Shown here in pieces: positions 1 through 12,546 of a stretch of DNA of 64,000 nt. Position numbers and translations under genes: made by a program. The notes below the pieces were generated by a model, which saw only the letters and a list, made by a program, of their open reading frames with translations, was not told the origin of the DNA and did no database searches. How positions within the stretch are numbered: position 1 is the first letter of the stretch; every line of letters begins with the position of its first letter. This DNA comes from Podarcis bocagei (lineage: Eukaryota): assembly GCA_964188305.1 (NCBI GenBank), contig OZ076886.1; one strand, written 5' to 3'.

Positions 1-619
1 CCTCTATCCCATACAAAAACTCATGCTCAAACCAATTAGGGTCACTTCACAAATAACTTTAAAAAATACACACAGAGAGACCTCATTGTCTGGAAACAAG
101 TTTATACCTGTGTAAACTACTATGTGAGTTGCACAACTGTATGTCTTCTCTGATTATATATTTTTGGAAACCACATTGCTTTCCACATGTGCATAAATGT
201 GCATAATTGTGCTTAGCTAAATTGTATTTAGTTATTTAGACAATTGCTATAGTTCTCCAGGGCAGTGTATATGGAGGTTCTGGGCTGTCCAGATGACAGA
301 ATCACCCCTCTTGGCCGCAGGAATTGCCGGAAGGAGGCATACAAAGCATCATTCTTCTCCCAGATGGGCTACCTTTCCAGGTTGATGAGCCCCATCGGCC
401 CCTCATTTCCCTCTACAGCACATGCAGTGACCGCCTTATTGACTGTTGGTCCCACTGTTGGTCTCATCTGTACCACCCTCCATTATACAAGTGATCACAA
501 GGTGGTTTCCAACATGATATGAAAACCGTATAAACAACAATTAAAACACAATCAGCAATAGAACGAGTCATCATGAAACACAGCAGCATCAAATAATACA
601 GGGTCTTTGACAATCTCAA

Positions 620-1300
620 TTAGTTTCCTCCAAAAGCACAGGAGAATAGTGTTTTATTTGGCAATGGAATGCCAACAAAAATGTCATCTTCCACAGGTGG
701 GGCACCACAACAGTAGGCCTTGCCCCAGAAAGCTATGCTTACAGGAGGGACAATGAGCAGGCCCCCAGGATCTGGGCAAGCAGATGTGGGAGGAGGTGCT
801 CTGACAAATAGCTGGGCCCCAGACCTTTTAAGTCTTTAAAAATTAACATTGACTTCTTAAATTGAGTCCAGTGCAGGCAACAAGTGCAGGTCCCCAGTGG
901 CGTAGCGTGAGTTGTCAGCACCCGGGGCAAGGCAAGTAATTTGCGCCCCCTAACCCTAACCCCCAGATGGTGCGGCCGGGCCCCCCTGCACCCCCCACGC
1001 TACGCCACTGCAGGTCCCATAAAATGACTTCCTGCTGAAGCACCTGTCATTACTCAAGCAACAGCAATCTTCACTGGATGCAGTTTCTGGGCTGTCTTCA
1101 AGGGAAAGCCCATGCAGGGCACATTACAGTTATCTAGTCCCTAGGTGCAAAGACTGTCCTGTACCAGGAATAACCAAAGCTAGTGCACCAGCTAGAGATG
1201 GTCACAGAGACTCTTTGACAGCAAAACCACCTCTGCAGGAGTATTCTCAAACTATGAATCCACTCCTTCAAGCCATACACCCAGTTTCTAAATATGAGAG
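620..1300 (-). mobile_element. Degraded L2-like LINE fragment interrupted by the 895-1010 MITE; boundaries approximate
   Basis: Minus-strand remnant (LHW...FKKSMLIFKDLKGLGPSYLSEHL) resembles the C-terminus of L2 ORF2. Confidence 0.5.
895..1010. mobile_element. hAT (Tip100-like) MITE, 116 bp
   Basis: Perfect 15-bp TIRs CAGTGGCGTAGCGTG / CACGCTACGCCACTG; perfect 8-bp TSD CAGGTCCC (887-894, 1011-1018). Confidence 0.9.
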
Positions 1301-4300
1301 CCACTCATTAACATGCCTCTGTTTTGTTAGCAGACCTTGTAGCCTGGGTGAATTAGATTGGAATAATGATTTACAGTTTCTGGAGTTCAAAGGCTTTATT
1401 CATGCAGAAACTACTTACAGGGTATTGGGAGTTTAGCCCAACAACATTTGGAGGGGGCCACACTAGTCTGAATTCAGGATTAGGAATGTAATGTAATCTA
1501 AGTGTTAAACTAGGAGTTATATTTTCCTTGTGTGTGTTTTGTAGACCTTTTGCTTTCCTTTTGCTCCAGCATATTCCACGTCGTCTTTTGTAAACAGCAT
1601 CCTTATTTTGCAGTAAATTGGTTTCTTAAAATGCTTCATCTGAAGCGAGCAAGCTATTCCTAAGGGCCCTGAGTACTCAGAGTGAATGAATCCTAAATAC
1701 TTTGGATGGTTCTCAAGGAGTTCAGTGTTTAAGGTGCATTCCTCATTTCATCTGTCAAGCAACTCTACTAGTGGCAAAAGAGAAGCCTGATGGGCAGATT
1801 GACTGGATTAGACTTCTGGCAGCCAGGTTTAATTGCATGGGCTTCAGTGATCAAGGAAGCCACACTTTGAGTTCTGATTTCTCAAGAAAACATCGCGGCT
1901 AATAGTGTCATTTGTCTGTCAGAACAAGACCTGGGGCAGTTTATATATAAATTGCCACATAAGGGACCTTCAGTCTTGCCCCTAAAGATTTTGGGTCCAG
2001 TGTACATGTAGGTGCATGTGTGCGCCAGTCTGCCACCATTTCACATTATCTCTTCCAGGGTGGATTACAAAGTGAGAACAATTAAAAGAATGAAATCAAT
2101 AATGCAACTAACCACAATAAAATTGCAGAGCTGTAAAAACATAAACCTGCAGCACGTAGCAGATAAAAGCCAAATGCAGCAGAGATGTTAAAAGGCATGG
2201 CTTATCTTTGACTTGTGCCAAAAAGACATAAGAGTTGATGCCAGGGAAACAGTTGTGCCCACTGAGACTGGTAGGGCAGAAGGCAGGGAGGAGGCAACAG
2301 TAGGTGGAGCCAATGACAGGTGGAGCCAGCAAATTCTCATTTTGTCCCACTCCCTGCTAAGTTCTACAAGGGCAAACCTAAGACTGGAGGAAGAGGTTGG
2401 CAGTGCCCTGTTGGCTCTAATGAACCAGCCTCCACTACCAGGCAAGCACCACAACCGAGAAGGTCCGCTCCCTGTTAGTTCTCCAGCAGACCCCACCTAA
2501 TAATCACGGAAGGTGAGTCAGCCAGAAAAGAGCCACCAAATGTGATCTTAGCATGTGGGCAGATTGATGTGGTCCCCATATCTTAAGCCATATAAATCTA
2601 GGTAAGAACCAGGATTTTGAATTTAGCTTGGAAATGCACCATCAGTCAGTGGAGTGGTTTTACAACTCCTGTTGGTAACCTGACTATTGCATTCTGCACT
2701 AAGTGCCATTTCTAAGCAATCTTCAAAGGCATCCCCACATACAACACATTGCAGAAATCTAATGTGGAGGTTACCAGAGCAAGAAGAAACCGACGCCAGA
2801 CTAGCTGCGTCCACCAAGTACGTTAACATAGCCATCAATGTTCACAGTCCTTGCTCCACCACGTCTAAATTTCAGCCAAGGGAGTGAGAACCGTGGGAGG
2901 AGATAGTGACAGAGCCAAGCGTAACTGGAGGAAACGTGCAAGGGCGGTTGCACTTGCTTAGGGTTAGTTTTATTGGGAGACGAAAGCTAAAGGGATGAAC
3001 TAACACTGGCTTCCCCCATACTGATGCCCTCCAGCCCCAGCCACTGACAGGAAATCTGAGGTTTGGGAAAGGCTGAGCTAATGACTTCTATGGAAGAGGA
3101 ATGTTTTAAAGAGGAATTTGAATCCATGGTGTGTGGAGGGAGAGAGGCATTAAATAATTGGGTGCTGGGATAGGTGAACCAAAGCACTCCCAGATGTTAT
3201 AGAGTGTATGTAGGAAACCATGTGGGGCAGTTAGGGACTTTCTTGATGTCAGAGTCCCCCCCCCCCCATAATGATAACCACAAACCTAGAAGTGAACCTG
3301 TGAAGACCTAATTTTTTTTAAAAAAAATACCCCTGAACATGAGTTTTTGGGCTGCTGTGGGTTGTTATTCTTACATTTTATAATCCTCTGTGATGCCTAG
3401 AAAAGTTATTTTCTAGGGCGCCTCATAAATATATTGGACAAATGAATAAATTGCTCTTCCATTAGGCTTTGTTTTCTCCACAATTGATACGATAGAGCCT
3501 TATGGGAAAGGGTTAAGCAACTCTCTCTCTCTCTTTCTCTCTCCCCACTCCTTTGTCTCCTGATCACAGCCTCAGAGGCTCCTCTTCCTTTTTTAAAAAA
3601 AATAAATAAATCCAATCCATTAGGGGAAAGAGAAGTGCAACTTCATTTCATGTCTAGTTTGGTCCTTACAAGACTTGAGTCCCAGTGTGTAAAGTTAGGA
3701 ACAACAAGAACAAATTATCTCCCACCCTATTGGGCTTCTTAATGAGCTATCGGTATTCAATGAATAGATCTTGGAATAATTTCCATAACGTGGTAGCATT
3801 GCACAATGTGTTTTTGTCACCAAAATGGGAAATAGAGTGTTAGGGCTTGTGTTAATAAAAAATGGGCTAGAAAACAATACAGAAAATATCCTTATTGCTG
3901 TGATCCAGCTCTGGCCATTAGCCTCACTCAAAACCTAGTGATCCTGGATATGGATGTCTATTCCTGTCCACATCCAGTGGGGCCCAACTGAGCACTGCAG
4001 TAGATTTTAAAATATGCATCCCAATGTGGATCTGTGCCTGCATCAGCTGTATAGATGTGTCCCTGCTGTGCTATGTGGTTATATCTTGCTGAATTGGAGT
4101 ATTTTGAGATGGTGCACAACTCAGCCACTCTGCTTTAAAAAATGAAAGAAAAAGGGTGTAACAGAATTGGGAAAAGATCAGGCAAGAGCAATAAATATAT
4201 ATGCTCACACCAAGAAGTAAAAGCTAAAGGACACCCCTTTTGTTTAGAATAGAGACAACTAAGCTTGTAGCAGATTTTGGTGACATACATACAACATTAT

Positions 4301-5769
4301 TCATGGAACTGAGTGGTTTCCTTTTTCATTTAATATCTATCCACCAGATATGGTGACAGGCAATTGTATAATTAGTTAAAAAGGGGCCAAGACAGAGTTG
4401 TGGAAGATGGTATCAGCAGCTGTTAACTACGATGGTTAGGGCACTCATTTTGTTGCAGATGCTGACCCTAAACATTAGGTTGTCAGAAGCTGCCATGATT
4501 GATAAGAACTAAACAATTCGGTTAGTATCCTTTGCTGTCAGGGGTGCCAGCTGGGTTCTCTGGAACCAGTACACTGAATGTGGATTGGGCCCTCTGACCC
4601 ACTCACAAACAAGGACACAAAAGATTTGCATAACATTTGCATGTGCTGTGTCATATGCAAATTTGTATTCTCTTTTGCAGGTGAGTGGAGGGTCCAAAAA
4701 TAAATCAGTGGCCATGCACATAATAAAATGTCTTGACAAGCAGAATGAGGATAGGGGAGCCTTTCCCCCATAATTATATTCCCATAGTAGAAAAGTCTTA
4801 AGCTGTTGAACTTCTGCCTGCCACACAGCTGTTAAGGTCACAAGAACCCTGCTTTCCCCCAATGCCAACCCAAAGCCTAGGCTGCAGTTCTGTAACCACT
4901 TACCTGGAAGCAAGCCCCACCTAACATACTTGAAGCTTCTGTGTAGACATGTACCGTATGTTAACTGCACAGTGAATTCTTAATGGATGTCTGTAAGTCC
5001 TGCACAGCAGGAAATATGCCTAAGCCTCTGTGCAAAGTTTTCACATTTTGCATTTGCTATTGGAAAGGGCTATTATTTTAACACCCACACCCACCTATTG
5101 TGCAGTAGGATTTGCAGATAGTAACTTACAGGGAGTGCTTGATCTCAGACGAACCCATCACAGGAAAGATGCATCCTGGTTGCTAGGGGGAGAAGAAGGG
5201 CAAACTATGGAGATATCGTGGACTACTTGAATATAAGAATGAAACAGGAAAAATGCACTAAATGGGAGGGGGAAACAGTAGCTTTTGAGGATCCCAAGAA
5301 TTCCTATGGCCTGCTGTCCAAACAACTCACTTGTCAATCACAGTTCTGACTTCACTCATTGGCTAAAACCATTGACTGGCAGGAGCAGCCAAGCTGGCTT
5401 ATATCACAAGAATTGTTTAGAAGGTTACCTGCACATTTTGCTTCATAACTTTCTTTCTAGGAGGGCTAGAGAATTGCCTTAAAAAAAAGAAAGCTCGGAG
5501 TCTTACCTTTCTGTTGGCTGAGAGTCCAGTATATCAGTATCCCTTGTACCAGATTGTTGGCAACCCTATTTTCTGCTATACACCTGTTTAAGTATGAGGC
5601 ATGTTAGAGATAAAAATGAGGCTAGAGAGACCATTAGCCCGACACAGTAAGTGTGTGTGTGTATTCCAGCAATAATTATTCATGAATGGTCCAAGAGAAG
5701 ACTCAGCCTGAACACTTTTGCCCAGGTATTTCAGTCTGTCAGTTGACTGGCAAAATGCAAGAATCTTGT

Positions 5770-6543
5770 TGTCAGAGCTGCTTCCAGATCCTAGCTCACA
5801 GAGGATCACACTAGCCAGCGTTCACTTTATAAAGACTTTATAAAAGTCTTTATTGAGTTACAGTTTCCATTCTCAAGCTGCCGCGTGCAGCTCTACGTCT
5901 TATGAGTTAGACCGGCGAAGCTCCGTCTGAGTCTCCGCCCCCTGTACACCAGCTTAATACCCTAGCCTTACTCCACCTTTTCCGCCTGACCGTTCTTCTC
6001 TGGGTCCCTCTGCCCCCCCCCCCCGTGGTCTCTTCCTTCCTGGACTCTTCTGACGCTGACCCCCCAGACCCTTCTGTCTCCTTGCGTCGGGCTTTAGGAC
6101 CTGGCTCCCTTTCCGGGCTGCTTACTGCGCCACCTTCCGGTGCATTTGAACTTGGCGCGCGCGCCCAACCTCCCACTTTCCGCTTGACCGTTTCTTCGCT
6201 CCCCGATGGAGGTGTGGCCACTCCTGACTCATGCCCTCCCCCCTGCTGCGAGCTGCCAGAGCTCGATACCTGGCGCCCTTCCTCTCCACTGTGCTCTGTT
6301 GGTGACGCTGGTCCCGATTTCCAACTGCTGCCCTCTGAGCCCCCTCTGGACCCTTCTTCCTGGGGTGTCCCCCTATGCTCCCCCCTTGCTCTGGCCACTG
6401 GCGCTCCTTTCTGTGAATCTTCTGATTCACTGGAAAGACTCGGAGATCTCGGGTCGTCGTCATCACTCATCTTTTCTTCGGACTCCTCCCCCTCGCTCTC
6501 TGTTTCCTCCCTTGCCCTCGCCTCTGCTCCTGAACCCCTGACA
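5770..6543 (-). mobile_element. Solo LTR (Gypsy/ERV-like), 774 bp
   Basis: TGTCAG...CTGACA termini; 5-bp TSD CTTGT (5765-5769, 6544-6548); minus-strand AATAAA at 5849-5854; CpG-rich, suggesting a young insertion. Confidence 0.85.
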
Positions 6544-7690
6544 CTTGTTATTTACGTTCTGATTTCTAAGCTCCCTCCCTTCATAGTGGCATCAAATCTT
6601 CTAGCTTTCATCCAGAACAATGATGATTTTAACCAAGCTGCATGTTGATTCTGCTCTCTGATCAAGGTTAGGCAGCAGAGCACACATTGTGTACATACTT
6701 GCGCATTCTGTGGAATCCTAGTAAAAATAAAAACATACAGCTCTCATTGACACACATTGCAGTGGGTGGGTGGGGGAGACCTTTCTCCATATGACCCTGA
6801 TGTCAGTGTCCCTATTCTGTTGACAGGTAACAACTAAGAGCTAAGCTCTGGCCTGCTTGTTTTCCTCTTGCTCCCTTGTATTGCCCAGTGAAATCCAGCA
6901 AGGATGGAAAGCACAGCTTGAGGAAACCCAGTACTCTGTGGGTGACAACTGTTGGTGGTTGATTCTGTGATCTGCCTTTACTTTGAAGCCTTATCTCCTT
7001 GCTAAAGGCTTGATGACCTGCATCCAATTTAAGACCTACATGCCAGGTAGATAAAGGGTTACACCTTAGCCGTGGCTCTAAGCTGTGTGAGGATAATTTA
7101 TCAGCTGGCAAGTGCATTGGCTTATATTGATCCATGCACAGCCCCGTGCAAATAGAGTCAGAAGGAGCGAGAATTAGTCCCAGCATGATGGTGACATTAC
7201 TGTTTCTATTACAGAGCAACCCTGTTTGTGCTCAGGGCCCTGCTGTGCTAGGCAGTGAGCAAATGCAGAACCAAAGGTAGTCTCTGCCCCAAAGTTCTCC
7301 CAATCCAGGTAGCCGAGGACAAAAACACCTTCTTAGGGTCACCGTGTTTCCACTGTGGCAGAGGATGGAGAGAGGCTAGAGTTTTTCAGCAACATGGACA
7401 TCTCTCTGAACTGGGTGTTTGTGTGGTTATCTCAATTAATTCCTGGTGCAGACTATCCCAAATGCCATTCTGAATCTGTATTTCCCCCCTCAGCTAAGCT
7501 TCTGTGAATATTCCCCACAATAGATTTTATATAAAATTATATTCAAATATTTTCAAATGTGGATTTTAGGTTCCTCTCTGCCCCCCTCCTCGGTTGTCAC
7601 ATTTCTTTCTATTCCCTTCTGTGCTTTGTGCTTCTCAATTACAATTTGTAAATACTGAATCTGGTAGGAGCTTGCCTTAATTGCTTATTT

Positions 7691-7814
7691 CAGGGATGAG
7701 GAACCTGAGGCCCTCCAGATGTTAGAGGGCCTCCATTAGTTCGGTATGGCCAATGGTCAGGGATGGTGGGACTTGTGGTCCAGCAACTAGAGAACCACAG
7801 ATTCCTTGCTCCTG
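7691..7814. mobile_element. Diverged palindromic hAT-type MITE
   Basis: CAGGGATGAGGAACCTG...CAGATTCCTTGCTCCTG ends; internal sequence resembles the 48305 element. Confidence 0.55.
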
Positions 7815-8777
7815 TCTTACTGTTCTGAAGCCACAATACTCTTCAATATTCAGGAAGCACCCATATTGTTCCTAGATCTGTCCCCAAACACATTTTGTTA
7901 AAATTGGCTCTAGGGCACGACCTGCTTTCAGGGAATGAATGAAGGGCTGGGGGCGGGATGAGATACTTTTCTAGTAATCACTCTACTTTGAGATAAAAAG
8001 GTAGCTTTATATCACTCCATCAGGTGAGAGGCACATGTCCCATCTGTGAGACTCTGGGGACAATCCAGGGTCCCAATGTGGGGGAGACAAAACTGTAATC
8101 AAGTGAGAGGAAATATAGAGAAGTTGCCAAAAATGATTAAAGGGTTTTAGAGGATTTAAATAAGTGTGATTAAAAGAGCTCAGTTTGTCTAGAGCAGGAA
8201 GACTGGATATGCAGAGAGGCAGCCTGGGATCGTTGTAGTATGCAAACTTAACAGGTGAGCAGATGAATGGGGTTTTTAAATTTCTTTTTTCTTTTGCATA
8301 GAAAGGGTGGAGAATGTATCATGTGATGTGGGGAAAACAACACTAAGAACCTTTCCTGCCCTGAAGGGACTCTATAGGAGTACAAAATGTCACTACTCTT
8401 GTGGGAGGGGAAGAAGGAGAGAGCATCTGCAGCCACTGCTCATTTGCATAGGCTCATCTATTTAAATATAGACAACGGCTGTATTTTCTCCACAGCCATC
8501 CGCAAAAGCACTCACCAACAATGCCACGGTGACTTCCCCTCCTTGTTCTGCCAAGTGCCCCTTCCTAATGGATAACACAAGGCTAAGACAAGCTTTAGAG
8601 TTTGTTTGCCATTTTGTCTGAATCATCAAACTATCGCTTATCCTTTCCTTGCTGCAAACCAGGATCAACCCCTGATTTCCAATCTTGGTTTGCAGGGCAA
8701 GTTCAATTTGCTGGCTTGGACAAAATGGCAGACTATAAGAACATAAAAAGTATGTGTGTGTACTTCAACCACAGAAC

Positions 8778-8935
8778 CTTACATTTGCAGAACCTTACAT
8801 TTGTCCCTATTAAAATTCATTTTGTTAGTTTGGGCCCAGTTCTCCAATCTGTTTAGGTCATCTTGAATCCTGATTCTGTCTTCTGCTGCGGCATAAGCTG
8901 CTGCTCCCAGTTCGATGTCATTTGCAAATTTGATG
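8778..8935 (-). mobile_element. CR1 LINE reverse-transcriptase fragment
   Basis: IKFANDIELG...EDRIRIQDDLNRLENWAQTNKMNFNRDKCKVL (degenerate KFADD motif). Confidence 0.85.
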
Positions 8936-10854
8936 TGCAAATCCTGCCCATCTAAGAAGTTGGGGCTGAGTACATGCCTGCCCCACTGTTTTATCCTCAT
9001 AGCTAAGTGGAGATGCAAGCTTAGGCTTCCTTGGTCCTCATCCCAGTGTGCTACCCACTGCAGTCATTATGTGAGCTTAGTGCAGAATGAGGTTGCCTGA
9101 AAATCATGGACACCTGCTGGGTTCAGGTTGTGACGTGTGTCCTGATTCTCTGCCTCACAGCTGAAATTATTTCATATATTCTTTAGGCTGAACATTCTCC
9201 AGCTACTCCCATGGCCTGGGAGCTTTTCTGTTACTCCTGAAAAGCAAAGAACAAATTTGTGCTGACCATCAATGTTATCCTTTATTGCAATGTTCTGCTA
9301 TTTGGAAATACAGCTTTGTCTTAATCCTAATTTTGTTGTCAATCACCCTATTCTTGTGCTGAAGCGTGTATCTCCCTTTGCTGGGGGGGGGGGAGATTCT
9401 GCCTCCCGACCCCACAATTATCTTGCCACCTACACTATGGATAAAGCACTGCTGTTGCCGAAACAATAGCACTTGGGTTGGTGCTGGCCAACCCAGTGAT
9501 GTGCTGGGCAGGAGGCAAGAGTCAGGTAGAGGCTTCCACTGGGAGAGGAGCCAGTGCTCTTTCTGGCAAGAGATGATGCAAGATGGCCGTGGAGTCAGGG
9601 CGAGGCCAAAGTCAAAGTGTGCAGGACTGCGGACTGGCTAAGAGCATCCAGGCTGGTCATGGGCACTGACAGCAGCTGGTGCAGAGCACTGCTACCCAGT
9701 CGGCAGCTATTTACATTTTTAAAATAGTTTTAAATAATGAATGAATGAATGAGTAAGTAAGTAAGTAAAGCATGTGGAGTGCTGCCCCACCCCTGCAGCC
9801 TTGCATCTCGCACGTGATGGTGGGTCCTTGCAAGTCGCAGTGGCCTCTTACCTCCCAGCACACCGCTGCACCAGCTGCTGTTGGCAGCAGTAAGTATAAA
9901 ATGTGGGGGTTTCAATCATCTTGAAAGGCCCCTGGTGTCATTTCGGAAAGTGGCCTCAGATGCTGAACGGCGAGGTGAATTGAATGAGTTGCAAGCTGAG
10001 GAAATAGCCATGTATTGCAGCAAGAATACACCCTCCGTACTGTACCAGTTTCTCCTGTTTCTCTTCCGCAGCTGGAAAGGGAATGCAGAAACCCTGAGTT
10101 CTATGCCAGCTGTCTGTCTGTGAGGGCTCTGTATTTCCTCCTAATAAAAACTGTGATTCTCCTTATGCAAAGCACAGGACACACCGAGGGGGAAGCAGCT
10201 TAATGCCAGGAGTTGCCAGGGCACCTTTGTATTTGGAAGAGGAATCCAGACTTCTGAATGCCAATAAATCCACTGGAGCTGGCCTCAGCGTTCCAGAGGA
10301 CTCTCTCCCCCCCCCTCTTTTTTTATTTTTGCAGCTCTTTGCTCGGGGCATTGTGAGTTGCTGCTGTTCTAAAGTAGACTATAAGGGGGAGGTGGGACTT
10401 GACAGAATGGGGAAAATATTGTCCCCCTGTCAAATGACTTTAAGGGTACTTAATAATTAGTTTGTATCTTTCCCCATTTCCCCCAAATTAGAAACGTAAT
10501 GCAGCCATTTGAAGAATCAAATATGACAGCTGAGTTAACTTGCTGCTTCTAAGCATAGTCCTAAAACAATGCTAGCCATAGAACCACAATGTATCAGTGC
10601 TTTTATGGTAGCAGGTTGATATTTAAAACATGAATATCCCCTACTGCCAGGTTTTGCTTTCAAAATGGAGCCATTCTGTGCACAAAATAGTTTCCAGCTT
10701 GAATAAATAGGTTGAAAGTAGGACTTTGATCAGTTTATTCCACAACCAATGTGCAGTGGTAGTTAATTTGATACACAGAACACAACTATCTTCCTACTGG
10801 GAAGCACCTTTCTTTCAAGGATAATACATTTTATTGGAGCCCCATTTGCAGGGA

Positions 10855-11495
10855 AACCAAAATGCTTGTTTACAAAACTATTGTACTACCAACCTTACTG
10901 TGTGCTTGTGAAACATGGACCACTTATAAATGCCATCTCCAACTCCTCAAAAGATTCCATCAGTGGTGTATCTGAATTTTTTTTATATATCGCTTGGGAA
11001 GACAGGCAGACAAATGTCAGTGTACTGGAAGAAGCAAAGATCACTAGTGTCGAAGCAATGATTCTTCAGCATTAACTTCGTTGGACTGGTCATGTTTTTC
11101 GGATGCCTGATTATCGTCTTCCAAAGCAACTACTCTATTCCAAACTTAATGCTGGTGGTCAACAAAAGAGGTTTAAAGACTCCCTCAAGGCAAATCTTTA
11201 AAATTGTAGTATAAACACCAACAATTGTGACCTGTGAGCGCTCCAATTGGAGAACAGCCTTTACCAAAGCTGACATGGACTTTGAAGAAGCACAAACTCA
11301 GGATGAAAGGGAGAAACAAGCTAAGAAGAAGGCAAACCCTTCCCATGATCAACTCCCGCTTGGAAACCTATGTCCCCACCATGGAAGGACGTATGGATCC
11401 AGAATTGGCCCCCACAGTCACTTACGGACTCACAATTATGACCATGTTCATGGAAGACAATCTTATTAGTCTATGAGTGATGGCCAAAAAAGAAA
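10855..11495 (+). mobile_element. RTE-clade LINE 3' fragment; boundaries approximate
   Basis: WEDRQTNVSVLEEAKITSVEAMILQH*LRWTGHVFRMPDYRLPKQLLYS and a C-terminal CPHHGRTYGSRIGPHSHLRTH motif, with stops and frameshifts. Confidence 0.85.
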
Positions 11496-12344
11496 GAAGA
11501 TTTTCTTGCAGCTCCAAAGTTGCAGGGGAAATGCAGTTCTTTACTTGGGTTGTGGGTCACTGTTGCAGTTTGGAGCAATGAAATGTGATTGTACCTATGG
11601 CTAGCGCATGTGATATTTATCTCCTGCTTTTCTTCCATGATGGAATACATCAAGGCAGTGTGCACAGGCACCAAAGTACTGAACAGTTTCAAGAGCTGCT
11701 TAGCTTCAGCAAGGTAACTGTATCATGAGCCTTGGGATCTACTCCTGATAAGCAGCACAACTCAGCTCCCCCACATTGACTGCACCACATTGTGACTCTA
11801 GCATGGCCTGCATAGGAGATTTTTCATTAAAATGGAAATTGATTGGCCTCAAGGCAAAGTGTGGAGAAGCCACCCAGCATTATCACCACCTTTTATTTAG
11901 ACATGTGGGCAATTGACCTAACAGGTGATCAGCGGTAGGCTCATGACTAGATTGCAGAGGCACCAAGTCACATAGAATTATAGTGCTGGAAGAAGCTGGG
12001 GAGGACATCTACTCCAACCCATTGCTCAGCACAGGACCTGCAGTGCAGGGAGCTGTTACAGTATCCATGACAGGTGGCTGTCCAGCCTCTGCTTAAATAC
12101 CCCCACTGAAGTTAGATTGGATAAGGGATGTAAAAAGAGAGGATGCTAATCCTGTGTGGAAATAGGTATTGGGCCAGGCAGGTGCTCCAAACATGGTAGC
12201 TGAGGCTAAGCTGTCAACCAAGCTGGAGAGAGAGGCCAACTGAATTCCTGTTCTGGGGCCCTTTGCTGCCTACAGAGCTGCCTAAGAACTTGAGACTTGA
12301 AAGCAAAGAGGTCTCTTCACATGCTGCTGCCTTTTCAGTCATGC

Positions 12345-12546
12345 TTAGGAACATAAGCCCCTGCCTTTTAAAATATTTGCCCATCTAGGCCAGTGTTGTC
12401 TGCTTTGAACGGCAGCAGCTCTCCAGGGTCTCGATCAAAGGCCTTTTTGATCATCTGCTACCTAGTCCTCTTTACTTTGTTCTTTGCCTGGGATTGGGAC
12501 CTTCTATGTGCAAAGCATGTGCTCTGTCACTGAGCTACGGTTTCCC
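12345..12546 (-). mobile_element. tRNA-derived SINE (Squam3-like)
   Basis: Minus strand begins GGGGAAACCGTAGCTCAGTGACAGAGCACATGCTTTGC (A box), has a degenerate B box and a CR1-like TATGTTCCTAAG tail. Confidence 0.6.

Noticed and set aside
6025-6648. 207-aa Pro/Ser-rich + strand ORF
   Set aside because: Antisense shadow of the GA-rich LTR; runs across the LTR boundary.
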